Shown here: one piece after another, positions 48,391 through 58,238 of the stretch
How positions within the stretch are numbered: the stretch's first letter is position 1
Layout: every line of letters begins with the position of its first letter
Sequence record: NC_025447.1
Length of the DNA stretch: 64,000 nucleotides
From: Escherichia phage 121Q
Reading direction: 5' to 3' (one strand)
Program-made: the position numbers and the translations under genes
The notes under the pieces: model-generated
What the model was told of the DNA's origin: nothing
The model's database searches: none
Seen by the model: the letters and a program-made list of their open reading frames with translations, nothing else

Positions 48391-49134
48391 ATGAAACATT
48401 TCTTAGAAGTAACCGTACCTGATGATAAAGATTTATACATTGTAGGTGATTTGCATGGTAATGGTAAACTATGGGATGCTACAGTGAAAGAATTTGGTAT
48501 TACACACAATGATTATGTTTTCAGTGTAGGTGATATTATCGACCGTGGAGAACAAAATTCAAAGCTCCTTTTTGAATTTTTGTTCGGAGAAAATCGTTAC
48601 ATGATTGCAGGTAATCATGAGATGATGTGCGTTGATTCGGAAACACTTCGAGATTGGTATCATTGTTGGATAAGTAATGGTGGTGATAAATTCCTTGATG
48701 AAGTTGGAGGAACAGGCATTCAATTCTTTCGTCAGTACTTAAAAGATCTCCCTATGATTATCCAAATCAATCACCGAGGCTTGAAGATTGGGTTAGTTCA
48801 TGCTGGAGTTCCGTTGGAATATACAACATGGGAACGATTTGTTAATGGGACAAAATCACTTAGTGCTGATATAATTGATAAGTGCTTGTGGGATAGGAAA
48901 ACATTCGATTATTGTAGAACGAATAATACCTATTATGCACCTAAGTTAGATGGAGTGCATTGTGTCTTTAGTGGACATACAGCAGTTACTGATCCACTCA
49001 TTTATGGTAATCGCATTTGGATTGATAGTCAGTTCTTGACGGGTGACTTAACTCTCGCTACTCCACAAAGTGGTGGGATGAGATACTTACGTAAAGAAAA
49101 AGATGAATACTCATTCAATCGTTTCAAAAGGTAA
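48391..49134 (+). CDS. Ser/Thr protein phosphatase (PPP family, lambda-phosphatase-like)
   Basis: GDLHGN, GDIIDRGEQN and AGNHE metallophosphatase motifs; GGAG RBS 5 nt upstream. Confidence 0.8.
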   Translation: MKHFLEVTVPDDKDLYIVGDLHGNGKLWDATVKEFGITHNDYVFSVGDIIDRGEQNSKLLFEFLFGENRYMIAGNHEMMCVDSETLRDWYHCWISNGGDKFLDEVGGTGIQFFRQYLKDLPMIIQINHRGLKIGLVHAGVPLEYTTWERFVNGTKSLSADIIDKCLWDRKTFDYCRTNNTYYAPKLDGVHCVFSGHTAVTDPLIYGNRIWIDSQFLTGDLTLATPQSGGMRYLRKEKDEYSFNRFKR

Positions 49135-49139
49135 TAATT

Positions 49140-49409
49140 ATGCATGATGTAGTTAAAAAATATTTGAATGATAGATATATTATGAAAAAATCTATTAATT
49201 CTATCCTAAAAGATCATGCTAATCAAATACGTGAGATTCTATCAAATAAACTTATTGGTTGTTCAGTTGAGTTCAATTACAAAAAGAATGTAGTGAAGAT
49301 TGGAGTTATTAAACGTGTAGTTGCTGTTTATGACCAAAATGTATATGTTGAAATTGAATATGATGGTAAATTATCACAATTAAGTACTGAAGATTTAACA
49401 TTTTTATAA
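49140..49409 (+). CDS. KYxG-V family small protein
   Basis: SNKLIGCSVEFNY. Confidence 0.5.
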   Translation: MHDVVKKYLNDRYIMKKSINSILKDHANQIREILSNKLIGCSVEFNYKKNVVKIGVIKRVVAVYDQNVYVEIEYDGKLSQLSTEDLTFL

Positions 49410-49419
49410 GGAAATAGAA

Positions 49420-49647
49420 ATGAAAGTAATTCAAGTTATGGTAGAAAAATACCAAACTGAAGATGGTCGTATTTTTGATTCAGCTAAACAAGCTGAACAC
49501 CATGAACGTATTATTTCGGGTGCACGTAAAGTGTGTCCTACATGTAGTGGAACACAACAAGTACCGTCAGAAGATTACCGCAGCTTTTATGCTTGTCCAC
49601 ACTGTGATGGGAAAGGCTATGTAGAAAAACAAGAGGTATGGAAATGA
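49420..49647 (+). CDS. small zinc-finger protein (DnaJ-type CxxCxGxG)
   Basis: CPTCSGTQ and CPHCDGKG motifs. Confidence 0.55.
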   Translation: MKVIQVMVEKYQTEDGRIFDSAKQAEHHERIISGARKVCPTCSGTQQVPSEDYRSFYACPHCDGKGYVEKQEVWK

Positions 49648-50057
49648 AATTGTATTGCTTAACTAATATGTACTGTCAAGGTGTCCAAGCTGGTATTCAA
49701 GCATTCCATGCTGGTGTTAAACTAATTAAAGAATATGAAGGTACTGCTTTCAGTACTATTATTGATGAATGGTACTATGAACACGAAACTATTGTAGTTC
49801 TAAATGCTGGTGGACATGATAAATTAAATTCTTATTATAACAACCTTAGCAAACAGGGGAAAGTTCCGTTTGCCAAGTTCAATGAAGCTGGATTGAATGA
49901 TGCTATTACCTGTGTAGCAGTACTGTGTACGTCTGAAATGATTGAAGACATGGCTGTTATGCGTATGAATCTTCCTGCTGGTGATCAACTAATGCAAGTA
50001 AAATATGGTGCATTGTTTGACACACTAAAAGCAATCAGTACAATGAGGACTATTTGA
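49638..50057 (+). CDS. hypothetical protein
   Basis: 139 aa ORF. Confidence 0.5.
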   Translation: MEMKLYCLTNMYCQGVQAGIQAFHAGVKLIKEYEGTAFSTIIDEWYYEHETIVVLNAGGHDKLNSYYNNLSKQGKVPFAKFNEAGLNDAITCVAVLCTSEMIEDMAVMRMNLPAGDQLMQVKYGALFDTLKAISTMRTI

Positions 50058-51256
50058 TGGATTTTCCAGAGAAGTTATTTGTTGCACGTTCCTATGTAAA
50101 CCACAACCAAGTTGATGGTTTTATTATCGATGCAACAAAATCACATACAAAAGCGTTTGAAACAAAGAAAGAGAGAGCAGAGTACTGGGCAAAGAAGAAC
50201 AATCTTCCATCGTTATATATTGACAACGTTCCAACTACTGGATTTTGTGTAGTTGATAAATTAACAATTCATGCACGAGAAACATATTTCACAATCCGTC
50301 ACCCAGAAGGATTTGAATTTATGATTAGTGCCAAAAACATGAATGATTTAATTATCAATAACGATATAATCAAAGGTGTTTTTGTAGACCCAATGTTTTT
50401 CAACAATAACTTAGAATTAATTAATGGTAAAACAAAAACATTTGCTAAGTTAGTTGAAAAAGAAAATAAAAAAGAACAACAAAAAGAAACTGTAGCAGGT
50501 CTTAAAGTTGGTGATGGTTTCACGTATCTCAAAGAAGATTACTATTACTGCGGTAAAGTACATGCAATTTGTATAAAGAAAACTAAAGAATTTGCATACC
50601 CCGACAAAAGTTCTGTTTATCATTTACTTTTTAACAGTACTCGTGGAACTTATGCATTGAATCAACGTTTGGATAATTACAATCTGGAACCTCGTGCACT
50701 CTTGAATAAGAAAACTACGGCAGATGAAGAAATTAAACTTGCTAATGAATTTTGGCAAAGCTATAGAACAAACAGACATAATCCATTAGGTGAATCTAAC
50801 ATTCCAGTACTGGTACACAATAAATCATTTAAAGCAAAAGACCTAAAAATTAAATATGAAGAAATAAATGTTGATGATCTTATGAATAATGGACGTTTCA
50901 ACGAGAACGTACCATTTATGACTAAAGATAATGAACAATCTTATCGCGTATTTTTTGGTGTAAGTAATAATACAACACGTAGTTATTATGGACGTAGCGG
51001 GGATTATAATATTCATTATAATGATAAATTTGAACGCTTTAGTGCATACCCAGTTCAAATTGATGATAATGGAATTATGTCAATGGATGTTGATATTAAT
51101 GAGCACACATCATTTAGTACATGGAACGGTTATCGTTCACCATTCTTCCCACCAAATGAACGCAAAACATCAAGTTCTCGTTACTACCAAGATAAGCCGT
51201 GTCACGTTCAACTATCAATTAGTAATCCACTTTATATTGGAAAGTATTATCTATAA
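50054..51256 (+). CDS. hypothetical protein (400 aa)
   Basis: Long ORF with ATGA coupling; internal opposite-strand ORFs judged shadows. Confidence 0.55.
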   Translation: MMDFPEKLFVARSYVNHNQVDGFIIDATKSHTKAFETKKERAEYWAKKNNLPSLYIDNVPTTGFCVVDKLTIHARETYFTIRHPEGFEFMISAKNMNDLIINNDIIKGVFVDPMFFNNNLELINGKTKTFAKLVEKENKKEQQKETVAGLKVGDGFTYLKEDYYYCGKVHAICIKKTKEFAYPDKSSVYHLLFNSTRGTYALNQRLDNYNLEPRALLNKKTTADEEIKLANEFWQSYRTNRHNPLGESNIPVLVHNKSFKAKDLKIKYEEINVDDLMNNGRFNENVPFMTKDNEQSYRVFFGVSNNTTRSYYGRSGDYNIHYNDKFERFSAYPVQIDDNGIMSMDVDINEHTSFSTWNGYRSPFFPPNERKTSSSRYYQDKPCHVQLSISNPLYIGKYYL

Positions 51257-51267
51257 AGGAATATACA

Positions 51268-52686
51268 ATGAGCATTTTAGCAATTCTTGAAAGCATTAAA
51301 AATACTAGCAGTACTCTGGGCAAAAAGGCTATTCTTGAACAAAATAAAGATAATGTAACTTTGCAAAAAGTTCTGAAATATACACTCGATCCTAGTATTG
51401 TAAGTGGGTATAAAAAGCTACCAGACGCTGATAACGTGTATCAACATATGACATTGGATGAAGCTATTGATAAACTAGAATGCATCTATAAGCGTGCATT
51501 GACGGGACATACAGGGCGTGATTTCATTGCTTCAGTACTAGGTAGTGTGAGTCCAGATGATGCTGAAGTTCTTCGTAAGATGCTTACAAAGAACTTAGAT
51601 TGTGGTATTCAAGAAAAGAACTGCAATGATGTATTTGGTAAAGGATTTATTAAAGATGAACCATATATGCGTTGTTCTTTGCTTGATAAAAAGACTGTTA
51701 AGAACATCAACTTCAAAGGTCATGGTTATGCTGTCTCCGAGGTCAAGATGGATGGTCAGTACTTAAACCATGTAGTCATTAATGGTGCTCTTACCTCTTC
51801 CTCCCGTAATGGTAAACTATATGACTTCTTAGGTTGTCGTGATGGTGAGATGGCAGGTCTTGCACATCAAATTCAAATGAATGATGAACGTTTTAGTAGT
51901 GGTGTCGTCTTTATGGGTGAAGGTCTAGTACTTGATAATGACGGTGAAACTATTCTTCCACGAACAACTGGTAATGGTATCATTCAGAAGGCTGGTAAAG
52001 ATAGTATTAGTCAGAATGAAGCAATGCGTACTGTATTTGTACTATGGGATGTTGTTCCGTATGATGCATTCTGTGAAGGTACATGGAATGTAAAACGTAA
52101 AGAACGTCGCGAACTTCTTGAATCTGCCATCAATGTATTGGGTAGTGATTTTGTACGTATGGTGAAATACCGTAAGGTTCAAAACATTAAAGAAGCATTT
52201 GAGTACAATAACGAACTCATGGATCAGGGTGAAGAAGGATCAGTACTGAAATGTGAAGATGGTATCTGGAAATCACATACATCTCCTAAGCAGTTGAAAG
52301 TAAAACTAAAAATGCAATTGGATTTGCGTATTGTTGGTTTCAACGAAGGTGAAGGTAAGCGTAAAGGTTCACTTGGTTCTTTACAACTTGAAAGTGCATG
52401 TGGCACACTGAAGGTAAATGTAGGAACAGGTATCCGTGAAAAAGATGCAGAGTGGACATTCAAAACCATTTGGGAACGAATGCAAGAACTAATTGGTAAA
52501 GTCGTTACCGTTGAGTGCAATGAGATTGTAATCGACAAGCGTACAGGTGAACCATCACTATTTTTACCAGTGTTTATTGAATTTAGATTTGACAAAAACA
52601 CTTGTGACGATTATACTCGTATCTTAGAAATTCGTGATAGTGCTGTTGAGGTGTTCTCTAACAGTATTATTGAAGCACTTAGCTAA
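51268..52686 (+). CDS. ATP-dependent DNA ligase (T4 gp30-like)
   Basis: N-terminus ILAILESIKNTSSTLGKKAILEQNKDN parallels T4 ligase; adenylation KxDG motif EVKMDGQ. Confidence 0.85.
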   Translation: MSILAILESIKNTSSTLGKKAILEQNKDNVTLQKVLKYTLDPSIVSGYKKLPDADNVYQHMTLDEAIDKLECIYKRALTGHTGRDFIASVLGSVSPDDAEVLRKMLTKNLDCGIQEKNCNDVFGKGFIKDEPYMRCSLLDKKTVKNINFKGHGYAVSEVKMDGQYLNHVVINGALTSSSRNGKLYDFLGCRDGEMAGLAHQIQMNDERFSSGVVFMGEGLVLDNDGETILPRTTGNGIIQKAGKDSISQNEAMRTVFVLWDVVPYDAFCEGTWNVKRKERRELLESAINVLGSDFVRMVKYRKVQNIKEAFEYNNELMDQGEEGSVLKCEDGIWKSHTSPKQLKVKLKMQLDLRIVGFNEGEGKRKGSLGSLQLESACGTLKVNVGTGIREKDAEWTFKTIWERMQELIGKVVTVECNEIVIDKRTGEPSLFLPVFIEFRFDKNTCDDYTRILEIRDSAVEVFSNSIIEALS

Positions 52687-52705
52687 TCATTTATTGGAGG
52701 TAATT

Positions 52706-53497
52706 ATGAAATTTGTTGTAACATCTGACGTACACGGTGGAACTGATTACCTCCATAGCGGTGATTACAGTGATGTAGTACTGATCATTGCTGGGGACTT
52801 CGATGAAGTTAAACGCAGTCGTTACCGTACTGGTATCGAATCACTGTGTAAGCAGTTCAAAAATGTAGTACTGGTTCCAGGTAATCACGAATATTATGGT
52901 TCCAATATCATCAAAACGCATAAAGTACTATCCAATATGCAGGATGAGATTCCTAATTTTATCTTTTTGCAAAACAAATTTGTATGGCTGGATGGAGTAC
53001 TGCTTGTTGGTAGTACTCTGTGGACAGACTTCGATAAAGGTAATTCTTTGACGAAGTTTGATGCTCGTCAGAAGATGAACGATTACAAACATATCCGTCA
53101 TGGAACAACATCAGAGCCTTGGCGTAAAAAACTGACACCTGATGATACTGAGTTTATGCATCACAAAGATAAACAATTTATCAAAAATTCTATTGACACA
53201 GTTCGCTTTATGCATGATAATGATTTCAAGGTCATCGTGATTACTCATCACGCACCAAGTTATCAAAGTGTTTCACCAAAATATAAAAATGATTCACTGA
53301 ATGGTTGTTACTGTTCCGATATGGATCAGTACATTGAAGATTTGGGTGCTGATGTTTGGATTCATGGTCATGTTCATAGTAGCTTTGACTACCACATTGG
53401 TAAGACACGTATCATTTGTAATCCACGAGGCTATGAATCGTATAGTGGATCTTGTGAGAATTTTGATTACAATCCTAAATTTGTATTTGAAATTTAA
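52706..53497 (+). CDS. calcineurin-like metallophosphoesterase
   Basis: GGAGG RBS; DVHGG, GDF and PGNHEYY motifs. Confidence 0.7.
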   Translation: MKFVVTSDVHGGTDYLHSGDYSDVVLIIAGDFDEVKRSRYRTGIESLCKQFKNVVLVPGNHEYYGSNIIKTHKVLSNMQDEIPNFIFLQNKFVWLDGVLLVGSTLWTDFDKGNSLTKFDARQKMNDYKHIRHGTTSEPWRKKLTPDDTEFMHHKDKQFIKNSIDTVRFMHDNDFKVIVITHHAPSYQSVSPKYKNDSLNGCYCSDMDQYIEDLGADVWIHGHVHSSFDYHIGKTRIICNPRGYESYSGSCENFDYNPKFVFEI

Positions 53498-53509
53498 TGT
53501 GAGGATACA

Positions 53510-53893
53510 GTGTCATTGATTTATTTTGAACTACCAGAATATACCAATTATCCAAGCCGAGTTATTTGCTCAGTTTATAGTAATGCATATCATCACTTGT
53601 TAGTGAATAGTAATAAAGCTGTGCATTATTATCGAAATAAAGAACCACGTACATTAAAGAATCGTTATGGTTTTGACCCAACTAACACTGAAGTTGAACT
53701 CTGTGATCTGTTTGGGGAAGTAATGGTGGTGTTGAAACGAGATATTCATCTTTTCCATACATACAAACTTAATCAGTACTTTATGGAAACACTGTCTATA
53801 CGTTCCCATGCTCCGATGATTAAAGTTGATTTGAATTATGTTGATGATAAATTGAAATATGATTTCATAAATTCACTTGTTTATTTGGAGTAA
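53510..53893 (+). CDS. hypothetical protein
   Basis: 127 aa ORF. Confidence 0.45.
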   Translation: MSLIYFELPEYTNYPSRVICSVYSNAYHHLLVNSNKAVHYYRNKEPRTLKNRYGFDPTNTEVELCDLFGEVMVVLKRDIHLFHTYKLNQYFMETLSIRSHAPMIKVDLNYVDDKLKYDFINSLVYLE

Positions 53894-53894
53894 T

Positions 53895-54299
53895 ATGAAT
53901 ATACGTTCAGTACGAATATTTTCATTTGTTGATATGAATGAAAAACACTCTTATGTGTTTGAAACTGTCAATAAGTTAAATCCTCATACGGCAAAAATGA
54001 TTGAAACCATGAAGATCTTGAGTTTTCATATAGAAGTTTACTATCTTCATGACGATTCTGTTTTTGTATATGATGATGGATGGTATGACGGTGTGTTTTA
54101 TGATGACATTAGCACTACTGCTGATTACTACTTTCTAGTGAGTAACCCACTATTCAGTACTAAAACTTTGTTTGACATTACCGATACAAGCGTGTATGAT
54201 ACAAGTCATGTTGAGTTACTTAAGTTTGATCCAGTATTATTCAACAAAGAAACGGCGTATTGGATGACTGATTTCTTTTCAAATATTCCAGTAAAATAG
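53895..54299 (+). CDS. hypothetical protein
   Basis: ATG at 53895 after GGAG. Confidence 0.45.
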   Translation: MNIRSVRIFSFVDMNEKHSYVFETVNKLNPHTAKMIETMKILSFHIEVYYLHDDSVFVYDDGWYDGVFYDDISTTADYYFLVSNPLFSTKTLFDITDTSVYDTSHVELLKFDPVLFNKETAYWMTDFFSNIPVK

Positions 54300-54301
54300 T
54301 T

Positions 54302-54329
54302 TGGACATTTTAAATCTTAGTGATATAAT
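54302..54329 (+). promoter_or_regulatory. sigma70-like promoter with extended -10
   Basis: TTGGACA, 16 nt, gTGaTATAAT upstream of clpP RBS. Confidence 0.5.
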
Positions 54330-54363
54330 ACTCACTACAACGAAATAATAGAGGAAATTAACA

Positions 54364-55059
54364 ATGGTTGAACAATTCATGTTTGGTGGTTATGCTAATG
54401 GCGAAGTACGTAACATTTCTATTCCTTACGTAGTTGAGAAAGTTAATGGTTCAGAACGTACATATGATCTAGCATCTCGTATGATGCAAGACCGTATCAT
54501 TTTCCTTGATACTGATTTCAATGATCAAATGGCACATATCATCAAACAACAATTGGTGTGGTTAGACTCACAAGGTGATTCCCCTATTACATTCTACATT
54601 AGTTCACCAGGTGGTTCAGTACACGCAGGTTTGGGTATTGCAGACGTTGCTAAGTCTTGTATTTCCCCAATCCGCACTGTAGTTATGGGTTATGCGGCAT
54701 CAATGGGTTGCTATACACAATCTGTTATTGGAACTAAAGGTTTCCGTTTAGGTGGTAAACGTTCATACTTCATGTGTCACCAAGTAAGTTCTGGTACACA
54801 AGGTCTAATTACAGACCAGAAGATTTCCCTACAACATTCTGATGCACTGAATACATTGTTGACCAAAGAAATTGCAGAAGCAGTAGGCGTATCACATGAA
54901 CAATTACTAAAAGATGCTGACCGCGATTTGTGGTTAAATGCAGAAGAAGCACTTGAATATGGTGAACATGGTTTCATTGATGGTATTATTCTTGGACCAC
55001 GTAACGAAGAAGGCAAGTACTTAGTTAAGCGTCGCGGCGGTGTGGAAGAGTGGGTGTAA
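54364..55059 (+). CDS. clpP: ClpP-family serine protease subunit
   Basis: DRIIFLD, ISSPGGSV and MGYAASMG (active-site Ser context); His in FMCHQ. Confidence 0.8.
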   Translation: MVEQFMFGGYANGEVRNISIPYVVEKVNGSERTYDLASRMMQDRIIFLDTDFNDQMAHIIKQQLVWLDSQGDSPITFYISSPGGSVHAGLGIADVAKSCISPIRTVVMGYAASMGCYTQSVIGTKGFRLGGKRSYFMCHQVSSGTQGLITDQKISLQHSDALNTLLTKEIAEAVGVSHEQLLKDADRDLWLNAEEALEYGEHGFIDGIILGPRNEEGKYLVKRRGGVEEWV

Positions 55060-55107
55060 GATAGATTTTGATGCCTCAATATGGGGCATCATCTTTGTGG
55101 AGATTAT

Positions 55108-55398
55108 ATGAAAGTACTAGTACGTAATAATACGGAAGTAGCAAATGTATTAGAAGATTCCGATTTTATTAATGTTGCGTTCGATCAAATTAGTGCAGTA
55201 GCACTTGAGTTAAAAAATGTGGATGAATCTGAGCGTGTACTAAATGGTTTTGCAATTGTACTTGAATTAATGAAAGAAGTACTAATTAAAAAGAACATTA
55301 ATCCAGTTGATGCGGTTCAACATGCAGAAGCTGTGCGTAAAGAACACGGTACATTCTCTGACAAAAAATACATTCAAACTGATGAGGTAAAAGAATAA
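55108..55398 (+). CDS. hypothetical small protein
   Basis: ATG at 55108 after GGAG; alternative upstream start at 55081. Confidence 0.45.
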   Translation: MKVLVRNNTEVANVLEDSDFINVAFDQISAVALELKNVDESERVLNGFAIVLELMKEVLIKKNINPVDAVQHAEAVRKEHGTFSDKKYIQTDEVKE

Positions 55399-55399
55399 T

Positions 55400-55846
55400 A
55401 TGTCCAATGCACAATATAAAGATGGTTATGACGCATACAAAGCAAAAGTAGTTCTAAGTGCTGAACAGCTAAAAATGCAGCATCCATTATATCGTCAGGG
55501 CTATCGTGCAGCACAAGCAGAAGCAATGAAGAAAAATAATGTAACTTTCCCTACTACGCTATATGATATTCCTAAACGTCCACACATTTTTAAAGCTGAA
55601 TGGACTGATATTATGGCAGCGACAAAGCGTCCACGTTTTGCTAAATTACACACCGATGAAGGTCGCTGGTTGCTAATGGGGATTATGAAAGCAGTTGAGA
55701 ATCAATCTCATAAGATTGTTCGTTATAAAGATGTTGTTGCTATGGTTGATAAAGCATTTGACCTTGTACTTCAATATGGTTATGATGAAGGTGTACTAAC
55801 TGTTTCTGATTGTGAAAAATATCAGTACACCCCATATCAAAAATAA
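55400..55846 (+). CDS. hypothetical protein
   Basis: 148 aa ORF. Confidence 0.5.
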   Translation: MSNAQYKDGYDAYKAKVVLSAEQLKMQHPLYRQGYRAAQAEAMKKNNVTFPTTLYDIPKRPHIFKAEWTDIMAATKRPRFAKLHTDEGRWLLMGIMKAVENQSHKIVRYKDVVAMVDKAFDLVLQYGYDEGVLTVSDCEKYQYTPYQK

Positions 55847-55856
55847 TATTACAAAT

Positions 55857-55884
55857 AGGAATCCAGTACTGGATTCCTCTTTTT
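55857..55884 (+). terminator. rho-independent terminator
   Basis: Perfect 22-bp palindrome AGGAATCCAGTACTGGATTCCT followed by CTTTTT. Confidence 0.65.
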
Positions 55885-55964
55885 ATTGCTGTATATCAAT
55901 TTTCATCGATCAAAAAATGATCTATATAAGCTAAATACCCAAGGAATCATTGTTACTAGGGTAG

Positions 55965-56519
55965 GTGAATATGCAGCAATATAATTTAACTGAAGAACAA
56001 AGTGATATTTTTTATCATCATATGTTTTTAATTGATGAGTTTGCTTTGAAAATTAATTCTGAAGCAATTGATATATTGAAGAAATGGTATTCATGTTATA
56101 ATAAAAACAAAAAGTGGTATTGGTTTAATAGAAATTTAAAGTCATTTTTAAAAACAATAACACAAGTTGATAGTGTAGAAATGATACATAGTTCAATTGG
56201 ATATAGTTATTTGACTAAACACAATAATACTATGATGTTATCCGGTTTTAAAGTTGAAAGAATTTCAAAGCTTACAGGTTTATCATTAAAAACAATTTTA
56301 TATGATATAGAAAAGATTTGGAAAACTATAGAATTCATGCACAAAAATATGTCATTCATATATAGAAATTATGATATATTCACTGAGGTACGTCAATATC
56401 ATAATAAACCTTATGTATTGAATGAAAAGTACTATAATCATATGGAAGTTTGTTCTAAACTCGTTGATGATTGGAATCTAGAGGGACATAATGAAATACA
56501 CACACCTAAGTATAGATGA
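55965..56519 (+). CDS. hypothetical protein
   Basis: 184 aa ORF, very AT-rich. Confidence 0.45.
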   Translation: MNMQQYNLTEEQSDIFYHHMFLIDEFALKINSEAIDILKKWYSCYNKNKKWYWFNRNLKSFLKTITQVDSVEMIHSSIGYSYLTKHNNTMMLSGFKVERISKLTGLSLKTILYDIEKIWKTIEFMHKNMSFIYRNYDIFTEVRQYHNKPYVLNEKYYNHMEVCSKLVDDWNLEGHNEIHTPKYR

Positions 56520-57015
56520 TACTAATATCTGGTTAGATAACATAATCAAGACATTAGAATTAATTAAACTTACATTACAAAAAACTACTGATATTGAAAT
56601 TAATATTAAACAAGAAATATTAAACTATTATCATAGAAACAAATATAGCACGTTTATCTCTAAATTAATTTATGGATTATATGATATTGAAGATATTTGC
56701 ATCGGTTACAGTACTGGTATTTGCTTCACTGTTAATGGTTTAAAAAATGATTTAAATTTCAGACTTTCCGATGAAGAGCAAGATTTTCGTAGATTTTGTG
56801 ATAATATTATGGATACAGACAAAATTACATTTGTGATTGAATTAAATCAAACATGGTCTACATATGCAGATAAACCATTTGAAATTAATGAAACAGATGT
56901 GTTAAACTATATTCGAGTTATGAAAATTCATGATTTGTGTAAAAACGCATTGTTAAGTATTGGAGCTTATAATGAAACATACGACTTGGTTGAAGATAGC
57001 AGAAGTAGTTGCTGA
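56491..57015 (+). CDS. hypothetical protein
   Basis: 174 aa ORF. Confidence 0.45.
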   Translation: MKYTHLSIDDTNIWLDNIIKTLELIKLTLQKTTDIEINIKQEILNYYHRNKYSTFISKLIYGLYDIEDICIGYSTGICFTVNGLKNDLNFRLSDEEQDFRRFCDNIMDTDKITFVIELNQTWSTYADKPFEINETDVLNYIRVMKIHDLCKNALLSIGAYNETYDLVEDSRSSC

Positions 57016-57451
57016 GGAAAGTAAATGTATTTCACAAAAAGTTGGTTGTGTTATTGTTAAAAATAATAGAGTATTGAGTACTGGATACAATGGAACGCCA
57101 TCTAAGCAGCCAAACTGTTGTGATGTAAATCAACATTTAGTGAACGATGGTCGTTTTCAAGACTGGGTTGATGATGCAGCAAAACATGAACATCATGAGT
57201 GGAGTAATATTCATGAGATCCATGCAGAGATGAACGCTTTACTGTATAGTTCTCCTACTGAACGCCAAGGAGCAACTCTTTACACAACTCTACAACCATG
57301 CTATACTTGTTCTAAGTTAATCGCAGGTAGTGGGATTACCCGTGTAATTTATCACAAAAGTTATCCACGAACACCACCTGAAGCGATTAAAGTACTGGAA
57401 GATGCTGGGATTATTGTTAACTGCATTTATGACAAGGGTATGAATCAATGA
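56972..57451 (+). CDS. cd: dCMP deaminase
   Basis: Zinc-binding HAEMNAL and PCYTCSKLI motifs; GGAG RBS before ATG at 56972. Confidence 0.85.
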   Translation: MKHTTWLKIAEVVAEESKCISQKVGCVIVKNNRVLSTGYNGTPSKQPNCCDVNQHLVNDGRFQDWVDDAAKHEHHEWSNIHEIHAEMNALLYSSPTERQGATLYTTLQPCYTCSKLIAGSGITRVIYHKSYPRTPPEAIKVLEDAGIIVNCIYDKGMNQ

Positions 57452-57702
57452 CATTTATGATTGTTGGATTTCTATCAATATTAGTATTATTTTTTATAAC
57501 AGTAATGTTTGTTATTGATGATAATGACATTTCTCAACGAAACTATGAAGTGCGTTTTTCTGCACAAAACAACAAGTACTACATTGTAAACTGTATACAC
57601 CGTAGTGAGAAAAGGGTAACAAGTAGATTTGGATTTACCATTTATTATAAAGACCGAGTAGAAGCTGACATGATTTGTCAGAAGCTTAATACTGTAGAAT
57701 AA
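57448..57702 (+). CDS. small membrane protein
   Basis: 84 aa; N-terminal hydrophobic stretch MIVGFLSILVLFFITVMFVI. Confidence 0.5.
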   Translation: MTFMIVGFLSILVLFFITVMFVIDDNDISQRNYEVRFSAQNNKYYIVNCIHRSEKRVTSRFGFTIYYKDRVEADMICQKLNTVE

Positions 57703-57731
57703 AAAAAAAGGAGCCACAAGGCTCCTTTTTT
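57701..57731. terminator. bidirectional rho-independent terminator
   Basis: A9-GGAGCC-acaa-GGCTCC-T6 between convergent genes. Confidence 0.7.
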
Positions 57732-57732
57732 G

Positions 57733-58110
57733 TTAACCAGGGATGTTACAATAATACAAATCCCAAGGGTGATATTTCATTTCTCCAGTACTCAATTTAA
57801 TTTTATGAAACTGGAATGATTCGGCAAATGCACTATCATCAATCTTAATACAAAAAGTATTTTTTGCTAAAGTTGGTGCAATCTCTAGTGCAGTTTTAGT
57901 TGCATCTAATCTGATTTTATCTTTATCAAAACTTGTTATAGTTACAAAACGATAAACATTAAAATCAGTGTCGATAAGATCGTAAACACAACTAGAACGT
58001 TGATTAAAGATGTTCAAGTTATATTTCAATTCACCGTTTATATTAGCGGCGGTTACACAAAAGCCGCCGATATTGAATGGTAATTTACCTTGTGCTGCTA
58101 TAGCTTTCAT
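57733..58110 (-). CDS. hypothetical protein (antisense island, gene 2)
   Basis: 125 aa minus-strand ORF with AGAGGAAA RBS; N-terminus QGKLPFNIGGFCVTAANINGE is paralogous to the upstream small ORF. Confidence 0.55.
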   Translation of the reverse strand: MKAIAAQGKLPFNIGGFCVTAANINGELKYNLNIFNQRSSCVYDLIDTDFNVYRFVTITSFDKDKIRLDATKTALEIAPTLAKNTFCIKIDDSAFAESFQFHKIKLSTGEMKYHPWDLYYCNIPG

Positions 58111-58238
58111 ATTTTATTTCCTCTTATTAATAAACAACTACTTTTACAGATTGTTGTACCTTTTATATTTACACCGTCAACTAAATATCCACCTAAAGTG
58201 AATGGAAATTGGTCTTGTCCTGCGATTGGTTCCCCCAT
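58107..58238 (-). CDS. small protein (43 aa), paralog of the N-terminus of the downstream gene
   Basis: Hand translation MGEPIAGQDQFPFTLGGYLVDGVNIKGTT...; AAGGAG RBS 8 nt upstream; stop overlaps next ATG. Confidence 0.4.
   Translation of the reverse strand: MGEPIAGQDQFPFTLGGYLVDGVNIKGTTICKSSCLLIRGNKI

Noticed and set aside
2305-53519. Alternative-frame + strand ORFs nested in longer genes (for example 2305-2514, 3807-4013, 11036-11260, 12056-12301, 18122-18322, 19793-20074, 30185-30400, 44229-44714, 50988-51290, 53301-53519)
   Set aside because: Fully nested in a different frame of better-supported genes; translations are hydrophobic and low-complexity with no start signals.
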